Of a stretch of DNA of 64,000 nucleotides, positions 1 to 14,100 are shown one piece after another; positions within the stretch are counted from its first letter, which is position 1; each line of letters opens with the position of its first letter. The DNA lies in the NCBI GenBank assembly GCA_964304625.1, contig OZ199839.1, forward strand, positions 11,668,335 to 11,732,334, written 5' to 3'. Source of the stretch: Kudoa neothunni. Taxonomy: Eukaryota; Animalia; Cnidaria. The notes below the pieces were generated by a model, which ran no database searches, was not told the origin of the DNA, and was given only the letters and a program-made list of their open reading frames with translations. The position numbers and the translations under genes are program-made.

Positions 1-605
1 TTAATCTTTTAAAGTTATTAAAATCGATCTTTATCAAAGTATAGAGTAATTAATATTTTGTAGATTTGACTAAAAAATGGGATAATTAATTGTTAAATAT
101 TTAAATATATCTTTTAAGTCAGATCTGACCATTATAACAGTATGAACGACATATTTATATTTTTGAATATTAACTGATACTTTAAGTTTAGTTTAATAGT
201 TTGAAATAAAGTTTAATAAGATTTCATTCAATTTAATGCAACCTAATGCGGTTTTGACCGATATAGAGATATTTTCCGTTTTTGAAGCAATAATATAAAA
301 TAAATATTGTTAATATTAATAATTTAGGTTATCATGTTTGATATTTTCAGAATCTAATTTAATAAATATTATAATTATAATATTACGGACTAATTTAATG
401 TAGGGTTGCATCGATATCAAGTTTTTGCTTGTGATCGATTTCGTTAATTTTCCAATATTGTAAAATAATACCATGAAAACATAAATTTTTTGAAAAATTA
501 ATAGGATGTCTATGCCGCATTTCAAAATTTAACCTAAAATTAGTAATGTTTAACTTTATTGACGTCCAATGCATTTTTTTAATACTATCACGCATTATAA
601 CTAAA
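1..605 (-). pseudogene. Possible decayed exons of a minus-strand gene, perhaps similar modular ectodomain exons
   Basis: Minus-strand ORF 395..595 is preceded by a TTTTTAG acceptor-like site, and further short intron-like GT..AG segments lie toward position 1. Frames are broken and no family motif is recognisable. Confidence 0.2.
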
Positions 606-1464
606 AAAGTATAAATTATTTAATATATATATTTCTATATTTATTATATTTCTGAAATAGAGATATGGAATGGGTGAGTATGATAACACCTTTGTTTGCT
701 TCAAGAACTATACATTTTGATATATTAATTTAACGTGACATGATACGTTATGCTTGTTACGGCATAGCAAATGATTTTTACGTTTTTTAAAATAATTTAT
801 TTTACTCTTATTTATGTGTAACTAACCCATTTAGTTGTTTATCGTATTAACTACTGTACTTTTAAATTCCATTTATGAAATATGTATGAATTATTTTGTG
901 GAGTTCATAAAGTGATACCAATTAATCCATCTATACATTCATTCTATATGAATAAAATCCTTTGTGTGTCAACGTGTGTCCATAAGTACGCATGTGCGAC
1001 TAAAATATTTTCCATATAGAGAGACATTTATGAAATTTTTCAGGAATCACCACGTTTCAAAAAATCTTTAAATTGTGTTTACATTACCGAATATTCCCAA
1101 AGGTGTTTATAAAATAATGATTTTGTCGATTTAAAGTTTGTTAAGCAGATTACATGAGTCCAATTGTAGGATTAACGCCAGCTTATGTCATGGTGACCGT
1201 CGGTTGAAATTAACTTTTCCCCCTTATATGCTCCATCAAATGTAAATTGAGCGACAGAATCTGACTTTTATTTATTTTTGACCTGGTACTTTGTGTGTCT
1301 GCACTAATACACTCTCTATGTCGGGAGTTTTAATGTATTTGACTCGATAAGCACACTTCGAAGGTTCTATTACTCGTTTTAGACATAGAAAAAAGTCAAT
1401 ATTCGCATCTTTAATAGCGAATTGGTAGAGCATGCTATAATATGATGGATTAAAGAATTATAAT

Positions 1465-2044
1465 TAGAGGCCGTAGTTTTCGACGACTATTTTTAAAAAA
1501 TTCTACGTTTATTTAAAAACTCGCGTATGCGCATCAGAAAACATTATTATCAAGCATAATGTCAATGAAATAAACATGAATATAATTTTTTAGAAAATTT
1601 TTCCTTAAAATATAATATTTAAAGCATTCTCAGTCGTTCAAACGCCGAATGCACAGTATAGCATTTGAGAAAATGCTTTAATTTTGAGATACTTCTTTCC
1701 ACGGCTGTAGGTGAGAGTGATGTATGCACCGATTCTAGGCCCACCCTAGATAATATGAGATACTTCGATTTGTTTATTCTCTATTATCCAAGACCTATCA
1801 TTTTATCTTTTCTTGTTGATCGACGTTAACATATTTTGGTATATTTTTAAGATTAATTTACCAATTTTAATCTATTTATCTATTTACTTGGATATATAAT
1901 TTCCCATTCATCTGCTTTTTCCGTCCATAATAAAATGAAAAAGAATCGGCGAACTATCTCGATTATAACAGTAAAAGTAGAAATATGTTAAAAATTTCGA
2001 CACTTTAGACGTTTATCGATTTCAATCGAAAATTACGAACCCTA
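1465..2044. mobile_element. Non-autonomous hAT element
   Basis: Imperfect TIRs TAGAGGCCGTAGTTTTCGA and TCGAAAATTACGAACCCTA, with an 8-bp TSD ATTATAAT/ATTAAAAT. There is a faint hATC-like remnant on the minus strand at ~1620-1700. Confidence 0.6.
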
Positions 2045-2663
2045 ATTAAAATTGATGAAAAAAAGCAACCCTTCAAAAATATTACTTTAAATGTTAAATT
2101 ATGTAGGTGACAATAATATTTTTAATATTTAACAAATTGAGTACAAACTCAAACATGTTAATTGGGAGATTCATTATATACAGCCAAAGTTACCACATTA
2201 ATCGAAGAAGTGGCTTAAAAAAAGATTAGTCTATTTGAGCTAAAAAATGTGATTGTGCTCTCAAGAACTGGATTCATGCAAAAAGGTCCAGTAGGGTATT
2301 CTGATTTGCATCACTTTTATTAAAAACGTCGACAACATGAGGAAGAAAAAGTCATGTCAGACAGTTATATACTAAAACCAATTATTTCCTGAAATACAAC
2401 GACCAACTATAAGTCCTTCTATTTCACTCTTTTACACAACTATAGATCTTATCCAAACGATTGATCTAATTAATAATGCTTATCAATATCAAAGTGTTTC
2501 TACAACGATTAAACAACCATATTTCAAGTCATCAACCTGTGCAAAATTTTTCGTACATTTTAAAACAATGAATTCTGATAATTCATAATACTAGTACATT
2601 ATGAAACCATCTTCCATATCATATTACATATTTCTTTATAACGTTTCCAAAAAAGATGTTTAA

Positions 2664-4581
2664 CTTTCTGATTGCTTTCGGGTCTAATAGACCACAGAGC
2701 ATTTTGTGATCAAAATTTTTTGTACTTGTTGGTCTCAAACACAATTTAAATCCCGTGTAATCTCCCAAAATACACACATGAATATTTCAATCAGTTATTT
2801 TATAAAAATATTAAAGTTATAAGGGAAATAAACACAATTTATACACTTGGTGTTTTGGGGGCTGTATTAGACCCCGCAATTTTATAGACTTAAACAACTG
2901 TAAAAATTATTTTATGCATCATATCAAAATTAAAGCAGATTCTATCGTACATTTTCAGAGAAAATAAGGAAACAGGTATCGACGATATTCAGCGAGAAAT
3001 GCCGAAGACATCTCTAGAAATACGAGCGCCTCGGTTGACATAAATTATGAAGATTACGAAAGCGATGACAACAAATCCATTAATATATTACAATTTATTC
3101 ATAACTTTTCAAAACCTTTCGAATTCTATTATGGTGATGTTGACTCTCCCAATATATTTTCAAAAAATATGGCGTAATGTGTTCCATTGAAATCCCAAAA
3201 ACCTCAAAGTGTGCACATAAAATATTATGAACGTTGTCCTGGTGTTTCCGCTTATTTAACCCGTAGAATACAGGAATTTGTGGAGTGCTCAGATATACTT
3301 TTTCGTGGTGGCGTTTATTAAAACTTAATGTGGAATACAAATACAATTGTTCTGTATTGTTTTAATCGATTTTATTTGTGCAAAAAAATTAATGTACACA
3401 ACACTAACTTACAAAACACTAAAATAGGAATAACGTGCTACCACTCGTTAATTCATGTTTACATAGTAATACACAACTGTTAATCCTTTACACGAAATTT
3501 AATCCCATGCATGCAACATATATCGTCATACTCTTTGCTGAGAATAATTTTAAATCAACATTTTTGTGCCTACATAGGTGTACTTACTTATACGATAATA
3601 TTGAAATCTCGATTGGAGTTTTTAAAAATATTTTGGAATAAAGATAAAAGCAGAAAAATATTCGATAAGTGTGAACAAATTCTTCCTATTTGCCTAATAC
3701 CCTGTTCGATTTTAACAGCTGATGAACAGTTGATTGCTTCTAGAAGGAAATATCCTTTCGTACAATACATTCCTTATAAATCGACAGTCTACGGAATCAA
3801 ATTATTCTAGTTTGTTGTTACATCCACTAGCTTTTATCGTAATACTTCTGTCTCCCTGTGTAAACAAAATAACCAAAAAGCTAAATGTTTCGGAGAAAAT
3901 ATTATTTTAGATCTTGTGTCGTACCTAAAAACAGTAGTCGAAAAACAACGAATTCATACATTCTTTGTTTAAGACTTTGTTGTAAAAAAGCTCTCAGTTT
4001 CTCGAAAGAAATTACATTTAATGTGTTATGATAATGCATTTCTTTCATTTTACCTCAATTAACTTAAGATAAATATCAATTAAAATTTGTGTTGTCGTAA
4101 ACGTCTTCAGATTCATTTGAACCATTAATCAGTTGTATCGAATTTGTTAATTTAATACGTTTATTTTTATTTTTATGAATAATAATAGAATACCTTTTGA
4201 ACGAAAAGCCGAATTAATAATATGCATAAACAGTTATCACTACTTATTAGATCTTGCGCTATATTTTATAAACAACCATTCAGCATGCTCATTAATGATA
4301 TAATTTTAATTAAACCATCAATAGCATGTTGAAAACAGATTATTTTGTGAATAAAAAACTATGATTATCACACAAGATTGGAACGAACCAACTTTAATAT
4401 ACAGTTAATTCTACCGTTGGAACATTAATCCCTCTCGTATATAGTCGTTATGTCATGTTTTTACAATAGTGTCTTAATTCATCGACAGAATTTTTTCCAA
4501 ATTAGCATACAATCTTAAAACAAATTTCCGCCTTTAATGAGCCAATAAAAATGTATAGTAAATTTTGAGGCGCTCGGAAAG
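2664..4581 (+). mobile_element. piggyBac family A, decayed and internally deleted copy
   Basis: TTAA at 2660-2663 and 4582-4585, with ends CTTTCTGATTGC.. and ..GCGCTCGGAAAG. Transposase remnant LTADEQLIASRRKYPFVQYIPYK..YGIK (3511-3810). Collinear with 36304-38722. Confidence 0.85.
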
Positions 4582-5306
4582 TTAATTAGAATAAATAAAG
4601 CTATATAATTACATGATTTATGTTTTCTTAAAACTTGCTACATGTAAAAATTATATAATTATAGGCATAAGTAAACAATAAAAAGGGATTTGTTTAATAT
4701 CTAATTATCAATAAAATAATTTTAAAAATGTTTTTCCGTGAATTTATTTTTCTGACTGATATTGTAAATTCTAGAATATGGTCACCCATTGAACACACTG
4801 GTGGTTCATAACAGCATTTCTTATAATATTAAATCTAATATAATAATGAGGATAATATTACTTTTAGTTTATAAAGCAATGACAGAATTTCTCAGCTTTT
4901 TAAAGTGTAACGCACGCTTGCGAAGTATCTGTCTATTGCGTGACCTCTCTCTAGTCTAGTTGAACCACGCAAAAGCCACGTCAAACTGTGTATCAAAAGG
5001 GGTAACAAATTAATTTAAATGATATTATGTGTTAAATAAAAGTTAAAATAATATTATCGCCAAATTTATTAAGTGTGTATAATATAAAATCGTATTAATA
5101 TATAATAAATTAAATAATTTCAAAAAACAATAACCGTTTAGTTTTTTGCAAAAAATATATAGTGCAAATATAAAATATGTTCCTTTTGTAACAGATCTTC
5201 TGGCCATTTTTTTGTTATTCAAAATTAACCAATTTATCTTAATATTTTATTATAATAAGAATTAATATTTGATGATTAAGATATATTTTAGTTAAATTCA
5301 CATGTA

Positions 5307-7654
5307 CAGTCAACAACGGTTACTGCGCACTTTTGGGGGAATGGCAAAAAGGTGTGCGATACACATTCTGTGCCCAAGATTCCCCTAATTGTGCATGAGT
5401 GTAAGATAAAACGCAATTATTTTCTTTGAAACAAACTAATTAACATTTATTTTTTAGAAAAATTGTTATAAACTACATTTCTTCGTATATTTCACAATTT
5501 TAGATATCCTATCCATCACGGGATAGAAATCATTCAATCTATATGAGTGTTAAGTTGAAATGTTCAGTGTATTTCTGAGATAGCATTCTTCAGTTTCTCC
5601 GCCTTTAATAAGTACGTGAGGTGGTAATTTTCATTGTAATTTGCATCATATTAAGAAATTTTATTCCAAATAAATGGATTGTCCTTATAAGAATAAAAAT
5701 AAGATTCCATAATTTCACATGTTTTCATGATCTAACTGATTAATAATGATACAACCACCTTGTTGAATTTATCAAAACTTTAAAAGTTGAGAATTAAAGA
5801 TAAGCTTGATCGTCTTGTGTATCTAGAAAGGTGTTCCTTCCGAATAGTTGAAATAATTTTTTTAATTCAATTTAACGAATTTAATTATAAACAGATTTGG
5901 ATTTATCAAGGTCCGGTTGGGTAAGAAAAAACAAAAGATCTACGTAAGAATCATGACATATATGGGTGCGCGGGTGTTAATAATGAAGTTTTTATTTTAC
6001 ATTTGATTTTGAAATTCTGTGATTTCATCTTATATAATCGTTTATGATTATATTCATTTTATTTTGTTGACAATGATGCAATTAGATTCTATTACATTTG
6101 AAGAACGTAATAAAATATTTTTATAAAAAACGGGTTTAAAAATGTTAATTTTTAAATCTAAAACATACAGTTTGTTCCATTATATCATTCGCTTATAATA
6201 CTTATCATTTATAATTATAGGCATTTTTTGTATTTAAAAACAATTTCGATTATACCACTAAAATTTTTAAATATTTACAATTAAACATCATTTTCAATAA
6301 GAAATAATAATGTTTTAGTTTTTAAATTTTTTGGTCATTTTTCTCTCACCTAATTTAAAAGGTATTTAATTAATAATGGAAGACATTGATCATTGAATTT
6401 TTTTCAACCGTTTTTTCCCGCATAATAATAACAATAATAATACGAATTTATACGTCATTTATAATAAAAAATATATCATACGTTTGATAAATTTATTTGA
6501 AAATTGTTTAACATAATTATTTAACATATACAAAATTACCATTGTCATTATAATGACCAACAAATCCACATAGAGTAAAAAGTCTTAACATTAACTTGTT
6601 CTTTTTATTTGTCTATAATTTAATTAATTGATGAAACTCTTACTATTATAGATAAATTTTATATTAAAAGTTACATAAAATTAAAGCAATATCGATTTCA
6701 GGAGTACAACAAAAATATTTCCTTGCTGAAGAGCAAAATTACATGACCTATGCAATTGTAACAAAATCTTTCGTCTCCTGTAATCATTTTCATCTCTTTA
6801 TATGTGTAGATTCTCTTAAACATAAATACATCCGTGTAACGATAGTATGCACATTTGGGAGAATTTAAAATGGAACAAAATACAAATTTAGCTCCATATT
6901 ACCGTTAGATTGCACAGACATAAAACAAAACTTAGTAATATTTCGAGATTAATGTAGTGTATGATTATTTGCAAACATGTTACACGTGTCAATTATTTGT
7001 TTATTACATCATTTTAATATTTCATATAAGATTTACTGAATGAGTTAATCCATCAAAACTATTATATACATTTCTCACAAATTTTAGAGAATAGATATTT
7101 TAGTTTATTATTAATCTTTAATTATTTATTTTAATTGATTCATTAAAATGAATGAAAGTAAAATTTAGTTATTTTGTTATAATTGATTGTCGTTGGTCGG
7201 ATTCTTCCAAGATTCAATCGGATCATATATATTTGATTTAACATCAATATGATCACTGATATTAGGCTCTCAGGGATATATGTATAAACGAAATCAATTA
7301 ATATTTAGTAATTATGTCCACAGTCTTTTATAAAAAATATTTAAATGCTATCCACATTGTTCTCATTATCCATTTGTCGTAGTTACATTATTTACATTAA
7401 ATATAATAAAAATACTTTCTACATTGTTTTTAAAAAAAATTTAAATTTTATCAATAATTAAAACTCCGCCTTAATGGAGAAATTTATACTATATTTTTAG
7501 CATTTGTGAAAGGTTTTTTTTAAATAAATAATTCCAAATGTTTTTTTAATAGCTTAAAAGAGGTATAAGATGGAATTGCACCTTATAACGTGATAAAATA
7601 ATGACACAACGAAAAATGCGTAGTATCGACCTACGCAATAACCGTTGTTGACTT
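5307..7654. mobile_element. Non-autonomous Tc1/mariner-pogo type element
   Basis: TA-flanked ~21-bp TIRs CAGTCAACAACGGTTACTGCG and CGCAATAACCGTTGTTGACTT. The 3' part recurs at 62228-63027. Confidence 0.7.
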
Positions 7655-8154
7655 TAATCAAAACTAACAAACTAAGCATACACGTATAATGGTATCTTCT
7701 AGAATTAGAAATTTCATTATTTGTATTCATTGAAGACAGTGATATCTATGAAACCCTAATAAAATTGTAACGACAGAAAAAACAAAATTGATTTTATAAT
7801 AATACTTCAACTAGAATCAATCAAAAATCTAAATAATAAATAATGTAATAGTTGGAAATTGACTCATAATATCTTTCAATATTTTGTATAATATTCATAT
7901 CTTATCAAATATTTTATTATTGTTACATTTCAAAATTTAAGAAACAAATTAGAATAGCTATGCATTTAAAATTTATTTTAAATATTATTAATATAATGAC
8001 TGACAGTATAATTTATGAGACGGGAATTATTTACGTTATTTGAAAAGAGCTAGAAACATATATATTATTTTAAATTAACAATATAATTTATTTTATCTTG
8101 AAAAAATTAATTAGATAATTTACAATTCAATGGTATATTCATAATAACTAATAG

Positions 8155-11100
8155 GAAGCTATGGGTGAAGTTGTAACCAATGGTGAAGATCATATATTAC
8201 GAATAAGCTTCACATATAATACAAAAACCGATGGAAAATATATTAGTTATTACCGTTTCATAAATGGTAATTTCAATGAAGAAAAGGAATTAAATAAAAG
8301 ATTTGAATGCGATGAAAGACAAATCTCGACTTCCCCTCAAAGTATGTGTTTAATCAGTTTCGAAGTTCTCCCTGATCAAATAATTAAACTTTGTTCGATT
8401 GTCAATGAAAATATATTATCTTGCAAAATCTACAAATCCAGTAATTAAATATAATATTTTCAAGTAATGGTATTTTTATCATTAAAATATTTAGAATATT
8501 ATTTTCAGAATATTCGGTTGTTATCAATTATTGACAATCATTACAAAATTGAAATATCATTTAATTCGGATGTTGAAACCAAGTGTTATTTTTCATTTGA
8601 TTTTATCGATGAAAGAACCATACCTTCTAATCCAATAAATTGTGCATGTGACGAAAACAACTATGACATCAAATGTTCTAGTTACAAACCCTATTTGCTT
8701 GTTGGACGCACTAAATTAATTACATTTGCGCTGGATAATAAATCACAATTTTTTGGTTTTCTCAAAATTTCTGTCCCAATGCCTCTCAGTATTTTATATT
8801 ATTTCAATATATTATAAGCTCATAATAGAAACGTACTTGGATAGAAGTGAATACTCAGTAATTCATTTGGAAAATCAGGAAAAAGCAATAATAAAATTTA
8901 ATCCATTTTACTGTGAATATGCTTTTAAGGGAAATAATTTCGCCAAAAATAGAAAAAATACATCTACCATCACTGGAACGAAAATAAGCGACATTACCAC
9001 CACAAGTTATGGTCACCACGATTTCACTTGTCCTACTATCTCAGCATACATTCTACTGGACAATATTAAAATACAATTAAGTAATTCATTCACAAAACAA
9101 AATTATTCACTCCAAATAAATGGTAGTTAATTCAATTATCTAAAATTTCTATAATTACATATTTAGTATTCAATAATTACCGTCTAGTCGATTATAGTGC
9201 CATAATCTTGGGGAATGACATTTATTTCTTTGGAACATTAAATAAATTTGCCAATTATAAATATACTTTGAATAATGTTCTCTATATAACAAAATCTGAA
9301 ACTATTGACCAACAAAAATTATATACAAGTATACAAAATATTAAAATTGTTTGCGAAGGTTACTATTGTTCGAGCCTTTCTTCCCAAATCACTGATGCCA
9401 ATATCCTAAAATATAATATATTTATGGAGATATTTAAAAGAATAATTAAATTTGATAAAAGTATTATTTATTTATATTCTATTCATAATTATTATTATGT
9501 TTTGATGAGTAATTTTTTAGTTCCTACTGTAATAAGTGTTGACATCTCTGAAGTGAGCGATAAACAATATATGATAGTTTATAACATTGACCAGAAACTT
9601 CAAAAAATAATCATAAATGAAAAAATCACTGATAAATCAAACAATACTTGTTATACGGATGTGAATAAAACTCTCTTATGTGATTATAAATCTTGTGGAC
9701 AAACGATCACTATCAAGAGCGGCTGTACCCCTCCATTCTGGTTACATATTGATTCAAAAGATATGATTATTTCAAATTCGGTTTTGAAACGTAATTGAAA
9801 CTAATAATTAGGAGTGATTTCATTTTCATTATATTTAGTGGAAGATTCAAAAAGTGAGGTCGCGTTTGAGTATATAGACGACATGCACCATAATAACTAC
9901 AATATAATATTAAAATTAAAAAGAAACGAAACTAATAGAGCCTTTATTTCAAATCATATTAATATTGGTTCTAACACGATAGCAGATGAGTGCTACAGTC
10001 TAATAGATATGATAAAAATATCTTTGGTAATGGTCGAGATAAAATCTGATTGTTTAGCTAATTCTAAAACTATTAAATATTTGTATCCACTGGAACATGA
10101 TCCAGGTGAAAGTGACACTCGTAATAAAATTTCTGATCTCTATTTAATGAAATATCTTAATAGATAGCTTATATAGTTTTGGAAAGGCGATGGTTGACAA
10201 AAAATCAATAAAAGTATACTTATTTTCTCCAATACCAAGGGGTACATTAACACCGTCTTATTTAACTGTGGAAGATACAACAACAGGAGATGACATATTT
10301 GGCTCATTTGATACTAATTTAATTAGCAGTTGCGTCCAAAAAATTTGCACTTTTGTAATACCTTTGAAAGAAGATATACTGTCGGATAACCTTAAAATTA
10401 CTGCATCGTTTGATGGAATTAGTTCATTTGTGTATCAAATTAAAAGTATATGATGTTACATGAATCAAAAAATATAGATTGATTAGGTCCAAACGAAGAT
10501 CTTAATTATTATCTTTTCAAAACTACACATGATAATCTAATTCTCTATTTGGAAGGTGAGACAATTGCACCTGGTGTCGAGGTACTCTTGGAAGACGACA
10601 GAAACTCAAGATATTCTTGTATTATCAAAACGAACGAGGGAAAATTTTATTGTACGATTGCTCGAAACAATATATTGGATGGAACATATTTCAAATTCCC
10701 AAACAGTAACACAAGAATAAATGTAAAGAAACCTAAAGGTGATCGCCATTTAAAAATATTGGATATATTTGATGCAGTTATAAATAACTGACGAACTTAT
10801 TTACAACGCCAATAAAAATATTAACGTTACTATCGAGAAAACCCGGGAGCGAGCTTATTTAAATAAAAAACACCTTGAAAAATTAACAAAAAATGTTAAT
10901 CTCTTTATAAAACATTTTTCTTAACGGAATAAATTCATAATGTGTCTAATTTCAACATTTCGTAAATCTTGTTAAGTAAAATAAATATTCTAGTCGTATA
11001 AAAGTACTCTACTTCGTATAAGAGCGGGATTATTAGGTTACAATGATTTAAAAGAATCAAAATGATCTTTATCTTTCAACTGATCCGTCGAATAAAGTAT

Positions 11101-14100
11101 TAAACCCTAATTTTAATAACAGCGTCGTTCTTTTGACAACATTATTAATAAAAATAAACAGTAATATTCCAGACCTCTTCTCTTTCTCCTTGAATGGATT
11201 TTGTCATCATCTAGAAATCGAAATTTCTTAAAACTCCAATGGCGTACTAATCGCATCAACTAACCCATCAATCTAAAAGTTTGTTGGCAAATTTTACTCT
11301 AAAATAAGTGTGTTACATTCTTCTTAAATCCATATAAAAATCATCGACAAAATCAGCGTTAATTAAAGGCGCAACATTATAATATTCTCCCCTATCCCGA
11401 ATCAATCTCCCGCTTAAAAGACACGTCGCCGTTTACACCGCCGCCTTGCCAACTCACGTACTCACAAACACAAACCCCTTTGGTCGACTTAACTATTTTC
11501 CAAGAGTTAAAAAGAGTAAAATCTCAACGAAATGGTTGAATATACAGCAAATAACCAATTTCACACACTTTTAAAACCCCGATTTAGTTAGAATATTGAT
11601 TGGTCATTGATTATATATGTTTCTTATAATTTTTAAATCAAGATTTTTCTAAAAGTTATTTTAAATAGTTATTAAATAATGTTACCGACAGTCACGTGAT
11701 TCACAAATTTCATGCACCATTTTCAGGTACTTCTTGTTTATTATTTTGTAAAGTCAATATTTGATTCCAAAAACTCCTATAACTATACCTTTTGTCGAAA
11801 AGTATAATATTAGTTATTATTATGAAAGTCTCCAATCTAATGACCCAAAAAGTGCCACTTTGTCACCTTTTAAAATATCTATTATCCCGACTCCTAATGG
11901 CATCCTAGTGATGAAAAATTAAATAATCAAAACCTATAAATGTTTTAAGAATCTAAAAATAGAAGTTATTTGCACGTAGAACAATTTCATTCTGTTGATC
12001 AAGATTTGTACGAGTACATTGAGTGGGATCGAAGAAAAATGGTTGTAGTAGGCACCGTCGCGATAACCAAGGGAAATTAATTAGCCGATGAAAAAGGTTT
12101 ACTTTCATATGCAATTCGTGGTGGATATCGCTGATATAAAAAAGGCCCCAACATTTATAATTCTAATTTTATTAATTAATCTACTGATGTTATGACTGAA
12201 ACTACTTCAGAGTGGTTCACTCAAATCTGAATATTTTTTTAAATATACTCTGAAAATTTTATTCGCAATGTAGACTAAACTGTCTTATTCTACCAATAGC
12301 AACAATGGAGATATTTCATATATTTCTGAAAAATAGTTTTTTGTTGATAATACATTTCTCGGATTATAATATACAGTTATTTAATCAGCTAAAACGGAAT
12401 AGAATCATATTGCATCCTTGAACATCGACCTTATTTTGTTATAGATGATTATATGAAATCCGAATAATTGTTCCACGTACAAAATAACGGAAATTAGTTT
12501 AATCCGTTCCTGCGTATCGAATAAAGTCTATTTTTATTTATTTGAAAATGTACACACCTTGTATCTATGAAATATAATAAAAAATATTAATTATAATAAT
12601 ATAAATGAAATATAGGATTAATATTTTTTGGTTTTTACACGAAAAATTAAATAGGTTTCTCCTTCGATGGCGGTCGCATGAATTGATTAAGCGGCTCTTC
12701 TTCTGGAATTTCTTTTCTTCCCTGTTTTTTACTCCAACTGGACTTCGCTCTTATTTTGATGCGTTTACTAATATAAACACATACCTAAAATTAATTGCTT
12801 TGCCTTTGTTTAGAATTCTTCTGAAGTGGCTCATTACGATATGGTTAAAAATGTCCTCTATTCGATTTACCAACACTGTATATCAGGGGTCTCCAAACTT
12901 TTCTCTTCATCGACCCCCTCCATAGATTTTATTAAAAATATTAAAGTATATTCAGCGTTTTGACTGTAACAATTAAAATTATGTGCAATATCTCACATTA
13001 ATGTTCTATTTTCGGTATATAATAAAATGCAATATTACACTAACACAAAAAACTTTTACTAACGATGTAACATCAAATATATCAGACAAATCTTAGATAT
13101 TTGTAAATTTACCACAATAAACCTGTTTTTCATTATAAATTATATTCAAATGACCTCCTATGTTAGGTCTTCTGTATATGATTATAATTACATGTTTTTG
13201 CATAAATATGAATACAGCGCAGATTTTAAGATTAAATTACATTATATATAGAAAAATTAATATTTATTCATAGCTGCCTTTAATAGTTAACAAGAATGTC
13301 TTAATCTTTACCCTTAGATAGTGTTCCTTAGTCTGAGGTCGCTTCAAGAGTTTTTGAAGTGTCCACAGGGGTTCAAACGACATTTACTTGTTGTTATTAT
13401 TATTTTCGTAGCTTTTATAATTTTGTTTGAAATCAATTTAAAAATAAGACTTATCTTTTATAGTCAATTATAAATTTAACGTAAACTATCGTTATTGTTT
13501 TGTATATTATGATATCAACAAATACTAGTGATCATTTAAATTCGAGATATTTTAAAATGAGGAAAAATTAATTTATTACTTTGATTAAAATAATTATTTA
13601 ATGAATGATTTTGAATAGCGCATTTATCTTTAACTATGTCATTATATGCATTTTTATTAATTTATCAAAGAGCACATTTATTAGAGTAAGCGCGGTAGTT
13701 GTTCTAATCGTACCCTTTAAAATTATAGACAACAAATAAAATTTTTAGAGATATATCAAATATTTTTTTAAATTTATACTTTTATAGGTTTAATGAGGGA
13801 GTATTAAAAAATAATTCATTTGGAAGTTGGTATATTTAAATAGTAATGAATTGGTGCTAAATTTGAAATTTAATTTAAACAATTTTATAAATCATTTAAA
13901 ATATGCAGTTTCCATGGTATCGGTTTTGAATATTGGCAATTTTAGTGAATATCGAGTACACCCAAAGCTGAGAACAGATAGCCCAGTGGTGTGGTGACTG
14001 GACACGATACCCGCCAACTGATCAGTCTATTGTTTCCGTATGAGTGTACCACTATCCCGTAATGAGAGCTGTTATTAGAATGGGATTGCACTATAAGTGT

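Noticed and set aside
12605-12925. 106-aa ORF in the long intron of gene 1 (similar cases at 58919-59173 and 62990-63235)
   Set aside because: Low-complexity, no motifs, and two of them run across transposon junctions, so they are probably spurious.
14083-14092. ATTGCACT (U1A-loop-like) and CTGATCA/GAAAC (hammerhead-like) motifs in the SINE-like island
   Set aside because: The order and spacing do not fit U1 snRNA or a hammerhead core.
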